A stretch of DNA of 64,000 bases from Camelus dromedarius (Eukaryota): positions 119,972,001-120,036,000 of the forward strand of contig NC_087436.1 of assembly GCF_036321535.1 (NCBI RefSeq), in the 5' to 3' direction. The notes under the pieces were generated by a model that was not told the origin of the DNA, made no database searches, and was given only the letters and a program-made list of their open reading frames with translations. Made by a program: the position numbers and the translations under genes. Positions 25,092 to 37,337 of the stretch are shown piece by piece; the stretch's first letter is position 1; the number at the start of each line of letters is the position of its first letter.

Positions 25092-28000
25092 GTAAGCCGG
25101 GAGGGTGCGGGAGCCGGGGGCCCTGAGAGCGTGCACCCCGCGGCCGGGCTCAGCTGCCCTTGTCCTTGGCGGCCGGCCCTGCATAGCCAACCTCGCTGTG
25201 TTACGATGTGGCATAATTTTGAACGTGCTTGTTTTCCAGCGGGGATAGACTGAAGTCAAGGAGCTCCGCTCCAGCGGAAAAGTCTATTAAGGGGCAATTT
25301 GTTCTGGCCCCTGAGCACTGAGTGTTTCTGGATCACTGGGCCCCTGTGCCCCGCACTCTCTGAGCACTGCGGCTGGCCAGAGGCCTCTGATGGCTTCCCC
25401 CTCTAATGGGGAGGGGGCTTCATGCCAGATGAGCCCAGGGGCCTCGCATGCTATGAGGAAGGTCCCCTGTGTTCCTGAGGGAGGTGCATTGGTGGCAGGA
25501 CCATGGAATGTTCCAGAACATAAGAGCTGACAGGACCTGTAGATTGTGCCTTCATCAAGCACTGGCTGGGCCCCCTTTGGACCAGGCCCAGTGCTGACCC
25601 TGCTGGGGATGCAGAGGTGACAGGACCCAGCCCTGCCATTGCCTGGTGGGGGACAGTAGGGACAAGCCCCGGGACCCTTGTGCAGCAGCGGGGGAGAGTG
25701 CAGTGGGGGCGCCACCTGGGGGCCTGTGCTACTCTGACCACATCCAGCCTCCTCCTGCCGGTCTCTCTGGAGTGAAGACCTGGGCAGGGCCACACTTAAC
25801 CAACAATGGGAGCCAACACGTGTGAGCAGCTGTTCCCTGGGTGGGCCTCACCACATGGAAGGCAGGCTCAGGTTCCGGGCCAGGCCACGGAGGCCTGGCT
25901 GACGACGGGAGCAGTGGCGTCAGCTCCCAGCCCTCCACATGCCAGCGGCGTGAGCCTGAAAGTGACCTCAGCTTCCTGCACCTCGGCCTCCCCATCTGTG
26001 AAATGGGTCCCACACGTGGTGCTCAGTGGGGACGTCATGGGCCAGCACTCAGTGAACAGAGGCTGCTGCCAGGTCCCCTGTCCCTGTCCAAGCCCCTAGC
26101 TCTTCCCTGGTCCCCCTCCTGCGGCAGTATGACTGCTGCTTCCGCTTCACTGACCAGGAGAACAGCTCAGAGAGGCTCCGGGTTTGCCCGCAGTCACAGG
26201 ATCATAGGCCGGTGCACACCCCTGTCCTGCCGTCCTCCACGCACAAAGTCAAGAGCAACTTAGAGCAACGCGGGGCTGACTCCCCAGCAGGGCTCAGCAC
26301 GGCAGGAGGAGGGGCAAGTGTCGCATGCCTCCTCCCGCCTCCCCCACTCCAGTTACCCCAGCCTGGGAGCCCTGTCAGCCCAGTCCAGCCAGACTTGGGG
26401 GCACAGCATCCCAGTCTTTAGGACCCACCCAACTCATCACACACCGCCCCACCCCCAGCCAGCCTGCACCACAGGCCATTCCCCAGGGTCACCTTGCACC
26501 TGTCGTCACCCCTGTGGGAGCGCAGCCCTCATTCCTCTGTCTTGGGCCGCCCACCCCGCCCACCCCCTCCCCTGGGCTCCACTACATCCACTGCCCTGTC
26601 ACAGCTCTGCACATGCCCCTGAGCCTGGAGCTACTTGGATACAGGGTGGGGCCTGGTGATTCAGCTCTGGGTCCCCCATGGAGCCACTGAATGAGTAAGC
26701 ACGTGGCCAGGTGCTGTCGCCCTGGGCAGGTGCTGGGCCACTGCACACACCGCAGGACCCTGTGGCCACAGTCCGTGCTGTGGACAGAGGGAAGCCCACT
26801 GCCCTGTCACACCATGTCACCACTGTCAGCCTGTCTGCCTCTCCCCAGAGCAGCAGCTTGTGGGGTCATGAGAGCCAAGCGCCCACCTCTGTTCTTGGCT
26901 CCGTAATCAGAAACTTCATCTTGGCAGCCTGAGAGTGGGGTGGCCCACACCACAGAAACTGGCAAGCGCTGTAAATCAGCACTTTTCCCGCCGCACGAGC
27001 CATCAGCACCGTGAATGGTGGTCTTTGTCTTGTTGGCAGCAGACCTGGAGTAGGGTGGGCCTGACCATAGTGAGAGGAATGGGCGAATGAATGAGTGAGC
27101 AAGTCACTGAATGAATGAATGAACAAATGAGTGAGTGAAGGAATGAGTGAGCAAGTGAGTGAGCAGGTTGTCCACTCTGAGTCTGGCCTGGACTCGTCTC
27201 CCACAGTGTGTCCTGCCAGGCAAGCCCATGAGAAGCTAGGTGTTGACCGCAGAGTGTGACCAGGCCAGTGGGAGGGGAAATGGATGTGGTTCAGGAGGGA
27301 ATGGGCCAGGCACAGCAGGGCTGCTGGTGTGCCTACTGTGTGCATGGTCTCCCTGGACCCTCAGCCACTCACTGAGATGGGCATTGATACCCATTTCACA
27401 GTGGAGGACCTGAGACCGAGGGGACCCTGCCGGTGAGTTAGAGCTGGTCCTCCCGGCCCCCAGCCCAGGCCCTCAGCATCCTCTGTGCTGCCCGGCCACG
27501 CAGACTCGTGGGCAGGACATGCCCCGTAGGTGCTGACATCTCCGAGCGCCCTGGCTGGGCTCCACTGCGTCCCTGTGGTTGAATCCCGCTCCTGCCCCAC
27601 AAGCAGGAGAGAAGAGCTCTCCCGGGGCGTAGGTTCATGGCCTCTGCGCAGTTCCGTGGGAGCCCCCCGCCTGGGGAACAGAGGGCTGGATGGAAGATCA
27701 GCAGCTGTCTGGCAAAGTGGACTTCAGTTTGCTCAACCATAGATATTTCAAAAGGGGTGAAAGTGTTTGCCTGAAGTTAGGGGGAGAAGTAACCCCTGAG
27801 ACCCACCCACACCCACTCATTAGGTAGGAGAGACTCCAGAAGGGCGGGAGGGGTCCCCAGCCATGATGGGCACCATGGGTGACCACCATGGCCCTGCACT
27901 GTCCCTTCTGTGGGTGACCACACACACCCAGGGTGCCTAGGGAAGACTGGTGGGTGGGGGGATATGTGGGGATCTCCTGCCTACGATCTCCTCGGGCAGC

Positions 28001-28146
28001 CTGAGGTATGTCTCCCAGAGAGAGGATCCCGGTGCGCACAGATGTGCAGGTGTTGCGACTAAGCCAGGGGCAGAGGGCGCACACGGCTGTGGGTGGAAGA
28101 TGGATAAAGTCCTGCACTCACGCTGAGGCTCCCCTGCACAACTTCA

Positions 28147-28363
28147 GACCCAGGTCGGCAAACACCGCCCATCAAGGCCAGCTGGTAAACATTTCAGCTT
28201 GTCTGGCCATGTGGTCTCTCTGCAAATCAGCTGGCGGTGTAGTGTGAAGGCAGCCGTGGGCGGCGTGTAAACGAGCAGGCTCAGCTGTGTTCCAGTGAGC
28301 CTGTCATTAGGAAAAGCTGGCAGCAGCCCGGTGACCCTGCAGGAGACCAGTCACCGAACCTTG
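28147..28363. mobile_element. MER58A-like hAT-Charlie MITE
   Basis: aggtcggcaaac...ggccagctggtaaacatttcagctt...tgtagtgtgaaggcagcc...gtaaacgagcaggctcagctgtgttccag is colinear with recalled MER58A. Confidence 0.75.
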
Positions 28364-28677
28364 CTCAGCCTCAGTTTCCACCTCTGGAAGATGGGACCCT
28401 GAGAGGGTGGTCCTGAGGATTTAAAGAGCACCTAGTACAGAGAAACCCCCCTCCTGCCCGCCTGCCGCTCAGCCACAGGCGCAATCACAGGGCAAGCCCT
28501 TTCAAATCCAGCCCATAAACAGAACATCAGCAGTGGTATCGGAACGATCAGAACACAGACCGAGCCGAGAACCGTTCGGCATTTACTCCCATCCGAGGCT
28601 GTGTCTGGCTCCCTCTTCAGCTGGAGCCTGAATATCTGAGTTGTCATGTGCCCAGTGGCTGGCTCTCGCCTCTGCAG

Positions 28678-28796
28678 GTTTCCGGTACATCACCTGCCAG
28701 ACCCACAGTTGCTCCGATCAGACGCTGACGGTGCCGTTCGCAGGCCCCATTGACCACGGTTCACTGACGGTGCAGGATGATTACATCTTCTTTAAG
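28678..28796 (+). CDS. SORCS2: SORCS2 coding exon (~exon 7), 119 nt: (G)FRYITCQTHSCSDQTLTVPFAGPIDHGSLTVQDDYIFFK
   Basis: Acceptor ctctgcag|GT, donor AAG|gtgagg, phase 1/0. Confidence 0.95.
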
Positions 28797-29254
28797 GTGA
28801 GGCTGCTTCAGGGGCTCTTGGAAATTGGCTGTAGGTGATGTGGAGTCTGAGCCACTCTGGGGAAAATGAAATCACTCAAACAGGAAGCAATGACATGGCT
28901 ATATAACTGTCAAGTGTTACTTAATTCAGTTTCCCCCGCCCCTGTGCTGGTGCCTGCAGGCCCCCTCACACCCCCACCCCCAGGCCAGTATCTTGGCTCA
29001 GGGTTGCTGCCTGCCTCTTCTCCCTCTGCCCACAAGGAGCCTCCACAGCCTGGGGCCCCCACCCCAACCCCTTACTCCATCTGGTTGCGGTGGGTGGCTT
29101 TGAATTGATGGAGGCTGTCTCTGGTCATTGCCTTCAGCCACCAGGTCTCAGCTGACCACAGCCTGGGAACCAGGACCTGCTGCCTATACACACAGGTATG
29201 CAGGTCACAGCTGGGACCACCTGGTGGTCTGACCTTTCAGAAACTCCTGGGAAC

Positions 29255-29435
29255 AACTGGTCATCCGACTTCTTGATTACTGCCACTGACGAGGAACTCA
29301 ATCCTTCTAAAACAGCCTACCCTTCTCCTGGGTAGCTCAAATCTTTGGATATTTCATTCCAACACTGAGACAATTGTCTCCTCTCATCCAATGACCACTG
29401 TTCTGCCCTCTAGGACCCCATGAAACAAATCCAAA
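29255..29435 (-). mobile_element. L3/CR1 LINE fragment
   Basis: ggtcatccgacttc...actgacgaggaactca...ttctgccctctaggacc...aaacaaatc resembles the recalled L3 3' region. Confidence 0.55.
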
Positions 29436-32400
29436 GGCTGCTGTGGAGATGGCCCCTTAAGACCCACCCCCGAAGGCCCCTCCCTGCTCCCCGACCTCCT
29501 CTTTGCCCTCTCTCAGGGACATTTCATCATCCCAGCTGCCCTTCTCCATGCGCAGAATGTACCAGGGCCTCCTGCAGAGTTGGGAGCTGGAACTGAGTGC
29601 ATCATGGCCTGTTAGAGCAGGCCAGGCAAGAGGCTCCTGCTGCACCGGCCCAGACTTCCAGCCCTGCCCCGTTCTCCTTTGCCCTCTGCTGATTCTCAGC
29701 CTCACAGCTTCTGATTCCCTTGCTGCGTTTGCACATGCTGTTCCCTGAGCCTGGAATGCCTGCGCTCCCTCCTCCACCTCCTCCTCCAACATTCATGCAC
29801 CACCTCCTCCAGGAAGCCTTCCCTGACTTGCAGTCTACTTCAGGCCTGCTGGTTGCCTCTTCAGAGTGCCCTAGCCCTGTGCCTTCTTCCATCACTGCTC
29901 AGACCACACTTCCACCCTTTGCTGGTTACTGTGGAACCTGCAGTCCAAAGGTGGGCTCCAGGGCTGTTCTCAGCACCCCATCCTCCAGTAAGTGTCACTG
30001 TGTTTCTGCAGATATCTGCCGAGCGTTGGAGCAATGGCAGTGTCAGCGTCTCCGACAACCATTTCCCATGTTGAGTGTTTTCTAAACATCCTGACTGTCT
30101 GGTCTGCCAGCACGCCAGCCTGAGACCCCAAGGACACACCTGTGCCTGGACAGGCTGGCTGGTCCTCGTGCAGTGAGGGAGAGTGTGCTCTCCAGGGGGC
30201 GGCTCAGTCAGAGGGGCTGGGAAGGCCTGGCCAGAGGGTGGGCTGCGGGAGGGGGCTCGGGAGGACTCAGGTGCTGTCTGGAAGCGGGGCCACGCTGTGA
30301 TGCGGCAGCTCGATGCTTCGGGCTGGAAGGAGGGGGCTCAGGAGGCTGAGCCGTGACAGGTGAAGGCGCAGCCCCTACTCGCTCAGCCAGGGAGGCCTGG
30401 GGTCACCTCTGGCCAGTCTGTGCTCAGGTGTGATGGCTCTGGCTCGGGCTCGTTCCTTGTGGCCACAGAGGCCTGGTCTGCCGCTGGTGACGTATGTGCA
30501 GACAGAATGCCCGGCCCTGCAGCGCGCACCTGGCTGCGGTCGCATGTCGGGGCCACTGTGCTCTGTCTAGCTCCTGACCTGAGTCCCTCTGGCCCCCATG
30601 CTTCTGAACCACTGCCCAGAAAAGCTGTCCCCAACCCCCAGCTGGATGTCACCTAGAGGGTGGTCTCTGCGTTCCCTCCTCTTTAGCCCGCTCCTTGCAG
30701 GGAGCCCCCAGTGACCACCCTCCTTCCTTCCCCTCCTTCCCGGTCCTCAGAGGATCCAGGCTCTGTGCTGTGTGGCCATTCCCACCCCTCCTCTCCTTCA
30801 ACTAAGTGTGAGATGAACCCGATAGTCCATTTCCTGGGGGAACCCGGCAGTGGAGGTGGGGCAGGAGGTGCCTGTGGGACGCAAACCCTCTGTTCCCGGC
30901 CTGGGCCGGTCCTCCTGTCACCCAGGGGTGTGACCATGGCCTCGAGGAGCAGGATTGTGTGTTTCCCACACCTACTGCGGGCTGTGCTGGGGGCATTTCC
31001 GTCTCTCAGGACAGGTGCCCGGCTCTGGGGGCGGCTGCTACAGTGTCCAGCCTGGAGGGGTGGATGCCCTGTGGTCTCCTCTCCTGTCACCCTCCCAGCA
31101 GCCCCCTGGTGACATGGCTGCTCTCTCCTGAGCAACTCCTGTGCGACAGACGCCCACGAACAGCTTCACTCATCGTATTTCACATCTTTCCAATGCCCCA
31201 TTTTATTGGAGAGAAAGTTGAGGCTCAGGAAAACTAAATGCCCTGTCAGGGGACACTGCCAGCTGGGACAGAACTAGGGGTGGGGGGAGGGGACTCTGCC
31301 AGCCAGGACGGAACCCCGGGTGGGGACGCTCCCCTCCTTGGCTCCCTCCTCACTGGTCGAGTCCACCTCACTGGGCCAGCAGGCAGGGGCAGCGGGAGGT
31401 GTACGATGGCGCCCAACCCCTCCCTCCGTGTGTCCTCTCACCTGGGCAGGTAGGGAGCATCCGTCACACCTCCTGATGGACCATCCGGTGTCTGGCCTGC
31501 CCTTCACCCACGGCCTGGCCTTCAGTACACTCTGGTGGAAGAATCCAGACCCTCCACCTAAGGGCAGGTGACCCTGGACAGACCTGGGACCCTGGGGGAG
31601 CCACAGGCCTGGTGTGGGGTGCAGGGGTCACCATGGAAGGCCCCTGGCGGGAGGCCTGAAGGAGGCTCAGGAGGAAGGCTGGGCCCCCCGAGGCTGCTGA
31701 GCACCTGGGAAGTCGTGGGGTTAGACACGGAGCGTCCAGAGTCGAGGTGCCCAGAAGCTCTTGGTGCGGGTTCCTTAGCGGAAGCCGTGCTGTGGGGCAG
31801 GGACCAGGGCTCACCCTTTGGAGGGGAGGATCTGGGCCTCAGGGGCCAGTTCATCAGACACAGTGTGCCATGGACTGGCGTTGGGCCATTCTCCCACCTC
31901 TAGCCTCTGTTTGCAAATCTGTAAAATGGGGGCAGCAATCCCTGCCCACCCAGGAGGCCCAGGACAGACTCCAGCTGTCTTCACGGCTGGGCCACGGTCC
32001 TGCTGGATCATGGGTTAAAGCTGCCCTTTAGGGGAGAAAAGCTGGGTTAAAGAACCTTGGCTCGCTTGGACCCAACAGCGAGGCTTCGGGATGGCCACTG
32101 TGAGACAGTGACAGCCACGTGGGCAGATTCACATGTGAGGAAGTTTCTGTGTTTAGAGCATCCTGACAGGTCGAAGCCCGGCCCACCTGGCTGCCCGCAC
32201 CAGGCTGAAGGCATGTTTGCATCTCAGAGACAGCGGCTCTGGTTCCCCTAGGCCAGCGGCCTTGGGCCTGGAGCACAAGCCCCTCCTCCCGGCGGCCTGG
32301 GGTGGGGAGGGGGCGCATTCATTCTCCACAAGCCCCCCGGAAGACCCAGTGGTTTTGGCCACCAGCTCCTGGCAGGAGTGGGACTGGCCAGGCTCTGGCT

Positions 32401-33124
32401 GGCTGGGCCTCCACCCGTGACTCCCAGGGACCGGGAACTTCTTAAGTGCCTGAAGCCTGCTGGGGCCTGGCCCTGCCTCTGCCCTTCCCTGGAGCTCAGC
32501 TGATGGCGCACGGGGTTCTCAGAAGGGGCAGCGACTTCTCTTGGCCTCTCTCTGTGGCGTCCTCCCCTGCTGCTAAGCAGCTGGTCTGTCTCCGGACTGC
32601 GTGGCTCTTCCTTCTGAGGAAGCAGGGTGCTACCTCCTCCAGGAAGTCTGCCTGGCCTCTCCCAGCCCAGGTTCCTTTCTTTGAGCTCCCACGACCCCTG
32701 TACTTCCCCCACACAACACAGCCCACTCGGGGCGCTGAGGGCCAGACCACTGCAGACCTCACAGTCCCTGCCCTCGGGGACCGAGTGGGCTACAGAAGTC
32801 TCTCATCGTTGTAGCCACGATGCTTCACACGTTATGGGCCTGTCGTGTGGGTGGCTGTGTATTTGTCGATTTATAATTGTAACCACGCCCCGTGCCTATA
32901 TGATTCCCGCTGGGGCCATGCGCTGCCCAGCGCTTCACAGCTGCTAACCCCACAACCGCCCACCAGGGGGCCTCTGACCCTGCCGTCTCCATCTTACGGG
33001 GGGAGACTGAGGCTCACACTCTCCCAGGGCCACGTGGCTTATAGATGGTGCGGCTGGAACTTGACCCCAGGCAGGGATGCAGGGGGCTGTGCTCTAGAGC
33101 GCTGCACTGTGTTGCCACAGATGG

Positions 33125-33410
33125 ACACACACACACACACACACACACGACTCGTGCTTGCCCGTTCACTCATGCAGGGAAGGCACACCCACACGCATGC
33201 ACACACAGTCCACACAGTGTGTGGGGGATACATGTTCATGCTCTCACACACACACGGGATGCGTACCCACACACACACACACACACACACACGTAAACAA
33301 GACTTGCACACATGCGCAGAGATGCACCTGTGCTCGCACGCACACATGGGAACCACGTTCACAATTGTGCACACACACGTGAGATGCACACAGTCACACA
33401 CCCACAGCGT
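33125..33410. repeat. Degenerate (CA)n-rich tract
   Basis: Pure (CA)n blocks at about 33125-33148 and 33268-33292 within a longer CA/TG-rich region. Confidence 0.9.
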
Positions 33411-34094
33411 GAGACTCAGCGGAGACAGAGGATCGCCTCCCCGGACCACTCCCTCTCCCGTCGCCCGTTTGCCCCCTTTCCCCTCTTCCTCCTCTCCCCG
33501 CCCCTCTTTTCCTGTCTCTTCTACTACCTCCTGTGGGAGACAAGTGACTCCATCTCTGTGCCTCAGTTTTCTCATCTTTAAAATGGAAATGTTCACGGTT
33601 TGTGGAGTTGCTGGTTTTGAGGCTGATGGGCTTTTCAGGACAGGCCTGGCCACGTGACAGTCTCAGGAGTGTTGCTTCTCATTTTGTTTCTCATGCCTCA
33701 TGGTTTGGTGGTCATCTTTTGTGGCTTGGGCTTACATTTGGCCCATCTCTTCTTCCACACAGAGGCTCACCAAATATTCCTCCTCAGAGAAGTTCTGAGG
33801 AACAGAATTTTCTTCAATTTGTTCTATAACTCGGATATAGGGAAACAAGTGCTGAGGGCATGGGGAAGGAGGTGAGTTCTAACTAAGGGAGGTGGAAGAA
33901 GTCCTCCCAGAGAGGGGCATTTGGTATGGGGCTCTGAAGGGTGAATAGAAGTCTGTCCATTTCAGGCAAAGCAATTACAAGCAAAGTACAAGGGCATTCT
34001 CAGCAGCTGAAATGCATGTGTTGTTTTTCATTCATGAGGATGCAACTTGACAGGAAGCCTAGTCCCTTAAAAATGTGTTCTCCCCTCCCATTAG

Positions 34095-34184
34095 GCAACC
34101 TCAACAAACCAGACCAAATACTACATCTCTTATCGCCGCAATGAATTTGTCCTGATGAAGCTGCCGAAGTACGCACTGCCAAAG
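34095..34184 (+). CDS. SORCS2: SORCS2 coding exon (~exon 8), 90 nt: ATSTNQTKYYISYRRNEFVLMKLPKYALPK
   Basis: Acceptor ctcccattag|GCA, donor AAG|gtaaga, phase 0/0. Not in the ORF track; translated by hand. Confidence 0.95.
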
Positions 34185-36639
34185 GTAAGAGTGACTTCCG
34201 CGTTCTGCCTGGGCCTGAGCCAAGTCCTGAGCCTGCAGTGACTCATGGGGCCACAGGGCTCCCGGGCATGTGCTTGGTGGTCACCAGGTCAGGATGGACA
34301 AGAAAGGGGGGCCGTGCCTCCTCCAGCTACTCCACCCCCTAGCTCCACTCCGTCCCACAGGTGCCCCACGTCCTCCTGTCTTAGGGCCTCTGCCGTGCTC
34401 TTCCCTCTGCCTGGTCTTTCTCTTCCCCAAATTCCTACACATGTGATGTTTCAGAGAACTATCTCTTCCTGGTGACTCTTGGGGCTGGTCCAGGCCTCAG
34501 GTTCCTGCTCACACCCCACCCTTCTCCTTCCTGACACTTCTGGGACCCCCCTGTGTCTGTCTCCTGCTTTCATCTGGAATTTCTGGGGTGCGGGGCACTT
34601 TCTGTTTTATTCACTTGCATTCCAACTGCCTCATATGGTGGCTGGTACACAGTAGGTGCTTAATTAATGCTGCTTCCTTCCCCTTGGCTGACAGGCAAAG
34701 AGGGGGATGGAGAGGCTGCTCAGACCCCGCCCAGCCCTGCCTCAGGATGGACAGCCCCCTGCCTACTGATGCGTTATTCCAGTTTTACAGAGGAGGTGAC
34801 TGGCATTCAAAGAGGCTGAGAGTCCTGTCTGAGGTCACACAGCTAGTAAGAAACCAAAGCAGGTCTCAAACCGAGCTTCGGACGCATCTGAGCCAGCCTC
34901 CTGCCGCGCCCCCTCCAGAGGGCAGAGCGCTGTCCTATGCGCACAGCTCAGGAGCGCGGACTGAGGGAGACCTTCCTCCTGCAGAGACTTCCTGAGCGTC
35001 AGACGTAAGCTGGGAGCTGAGGCTACAGCTGCGAGTTGGACACCCCAGTTTCTTGCTCTGGTGGGGGTTTCAGAGAGGAAACAGGCAGGAAATCAAGCAG
35101 ACAAATGTGTAAAATAATTGCAAGCTGTGATCTGTGCTGTGGAGGGAGTGAGAGTGATGGAGGGGCATTTTCATCTGAAGCCCACATGTTGGGGGAAAAG
35201 CTGTCAGGTGGCTGGCTGTGTGGGTGCAAAGGCCCCGGAGCAGGAGAAGGCAGGCTGGAGGGCAGAGAGAGGGGATGGGGCAAGAGGAGATGGATGCCCG
35301 GGGCCCTGCAGGCAGGCCTGGGGGCTGTGGTTGCTGGATGAGACTTGGATGCAGAACTCCTGCATGGGTCACCCTCAGACCCCTTGTGAGCCAGAAATGG
35401 GAAAGTTCCTGAGGCTTTTAAAAACTGTTTAAAACATCTCTTTAGAAAAAGAAAAGGAAGAGGGGGAAAAAATAGAAAAGAAAGGAGTCAGCCTGATAGA
35501 GCCCCTCCAGTCTCCCAGAGTAAGGAAATGAAAGGCTGATGTCTCCTGTAGGGCAGGTGCCTTTGGCTTCCCGGGGGGTGAGGGGCCTATTCATCTTCTG
35601 AGAGGTTCCTCCTCCTCTCCTGGGACTACAGCATCCTGGGTCCTGGGCCTTAGTCCTGGGGTTGGATACCTGCGTCTTTCCCTTCTGGCATTGGGACCTG
35701 GGCACCTACTGCCCCTCTCCTGGGACTGGGGAGGCTGGACCAGAGTCCAGGCCATTTCTGAGGGCATTCTAAGGAGCTACAGCCACAAGCCATATCCTCT
35801 GTGACCCTGAGCACTGAACCTCCTTGGTCCTCGGCTGAGACGGCATGGGTTTTCCTCAGAGTCTTCGGCAGGGTTTGCAAGAAGCACCGTGCGTGCGTTC
35901 CACCACAGAGCCTTGACCTCACGTGCTACCTGTCAGCTTCCTTCTTGCCCATTTCTGTAGAAATAGGGGTCATTGGAAAGAATCACGGGGCAGTGATGGG
36001 AGTACAGCCCCCCATCACAAGTGGGTGACAGAATCAGACACTATGTCCCTCCCGTCATCCAGTTTCAAGGGAAGACCAGGGACCCATTCATATCTGTGGC
36101 ATTGGCATTGGCACTAAGTGTCCTCTCTCGGGGGGCCCGTCCAGGACCCAATGACAGGCGGTGGAGGACAACGGGCCAGCTGAGCAACAATCAGGGATTG
36201 CCCCCCGCCCTGAGCCCTGCGGGGTCTCCAAGCCCACATATGGTCTTGCTGAGAGCTTTGCCCATCCAGGAAGCCATCTGCTTCCTCTTCACCAAACTCA
36301 GGAGAGCAGCCAGACCCCGGTGCTCCTACCAACGACTTGGAGAGCTGGCTAATTGAGTTTCCTCATCAGATTTTGTTGTTATAGGGTGAATTTGTAACTC
36401 TTGCCCGTTTCCTCCCCTCAAAGCACTCCATCTTTCTTTTTTTTTTCCCTTTAATTGCCCAACTAACATCATGAAAACCATAGAAATCAGAGCCGAGGGG
36501 CACTCACCACAGCCTCCCTCCCTCCTGCCCTCCGCACCCAGCCCTGTTTGGTTTTCCTCCACCCTTGGCCCCCTGCCAGACCGACTTTTCTGTACTTGCA
36601 TCACTGCAGACACTCGGTCCACAGCCTGTCTCTCACGTG

Positions 36640-37060
36640 ACATCGTCTCAGGAGAGTTTTTCCCGAACGACACGATATCCACTTTAAATGACTGCGAAAC
36701 GTTCAACGGAGGAGACGTACCTTATTCAGCTAAGCCAGATTCCTGTTGTTTATACATTTGGGTTGTTTCCATATTTCGCAATCATAAACAGTGCTTCCAT
36801 GAATATATTTGTGCCTGCAGGTATTTTTGTTTGTTTGTTTTATTTTCTCAACTTAGTCTGAGAAGAACTTCTGGACAAAGGATAAATATTTGTGTGGCTT
36901 AGTTCCTTCCTAAAAGGGTTCGCCTTGCCACCAGCAAAGTTAGCTTAGAGGAGCTTCAACGCAGCTTTGCCATATTCTGCATCGCATCAAGCCTTCCCGG
37001 TTTCCTTCTGCTTGAGAAAGTATCCACAGTACCGTTCGGCTGTTTTACCTCACCTGTCTC
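36640..37060 (-). mobile_element. Ancient L1 (L1ME-like) fragment
   Basis: cctgttgtttatacatttgggttgtttccatatttcgcaatcataaacagtgcttccatgaatat is a typical antisense L1M 3' region. Confidence 0.65.
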
Positions 37061-37337
37061 TGAAAACCGTAGTGGGCGGACAGTTTGTATTATATTTGCC
37101 AGCATCCTTTGCTTGAATTACTTACTTGCAGAGATTTTAAAGAATACTTATGTTCCCTAATGGGACAATAAATGGGCAAAGGCTGTAAACAGACAAAGAG
37201 GAGAAAAATCCAAAAAACCATCAATTATATAAAAATATTCATAAGCTTAAAGTAAATGCAAATGTACTTTAAAGTAAAACAATATTTTATCCATAATATG
37301 TTTCTATAAAATAAAATCCATAAAGGGTAAGAATAAA

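Noticed and set aside
32845..33657. 270-aa (+) and 204-aa (-) ORFs
   Set aside because: They run through a (CA)n/(TG)n tract and MIR fragments, giving THTHTH/VCVCV low-complexity peptides; no recognisable domain.
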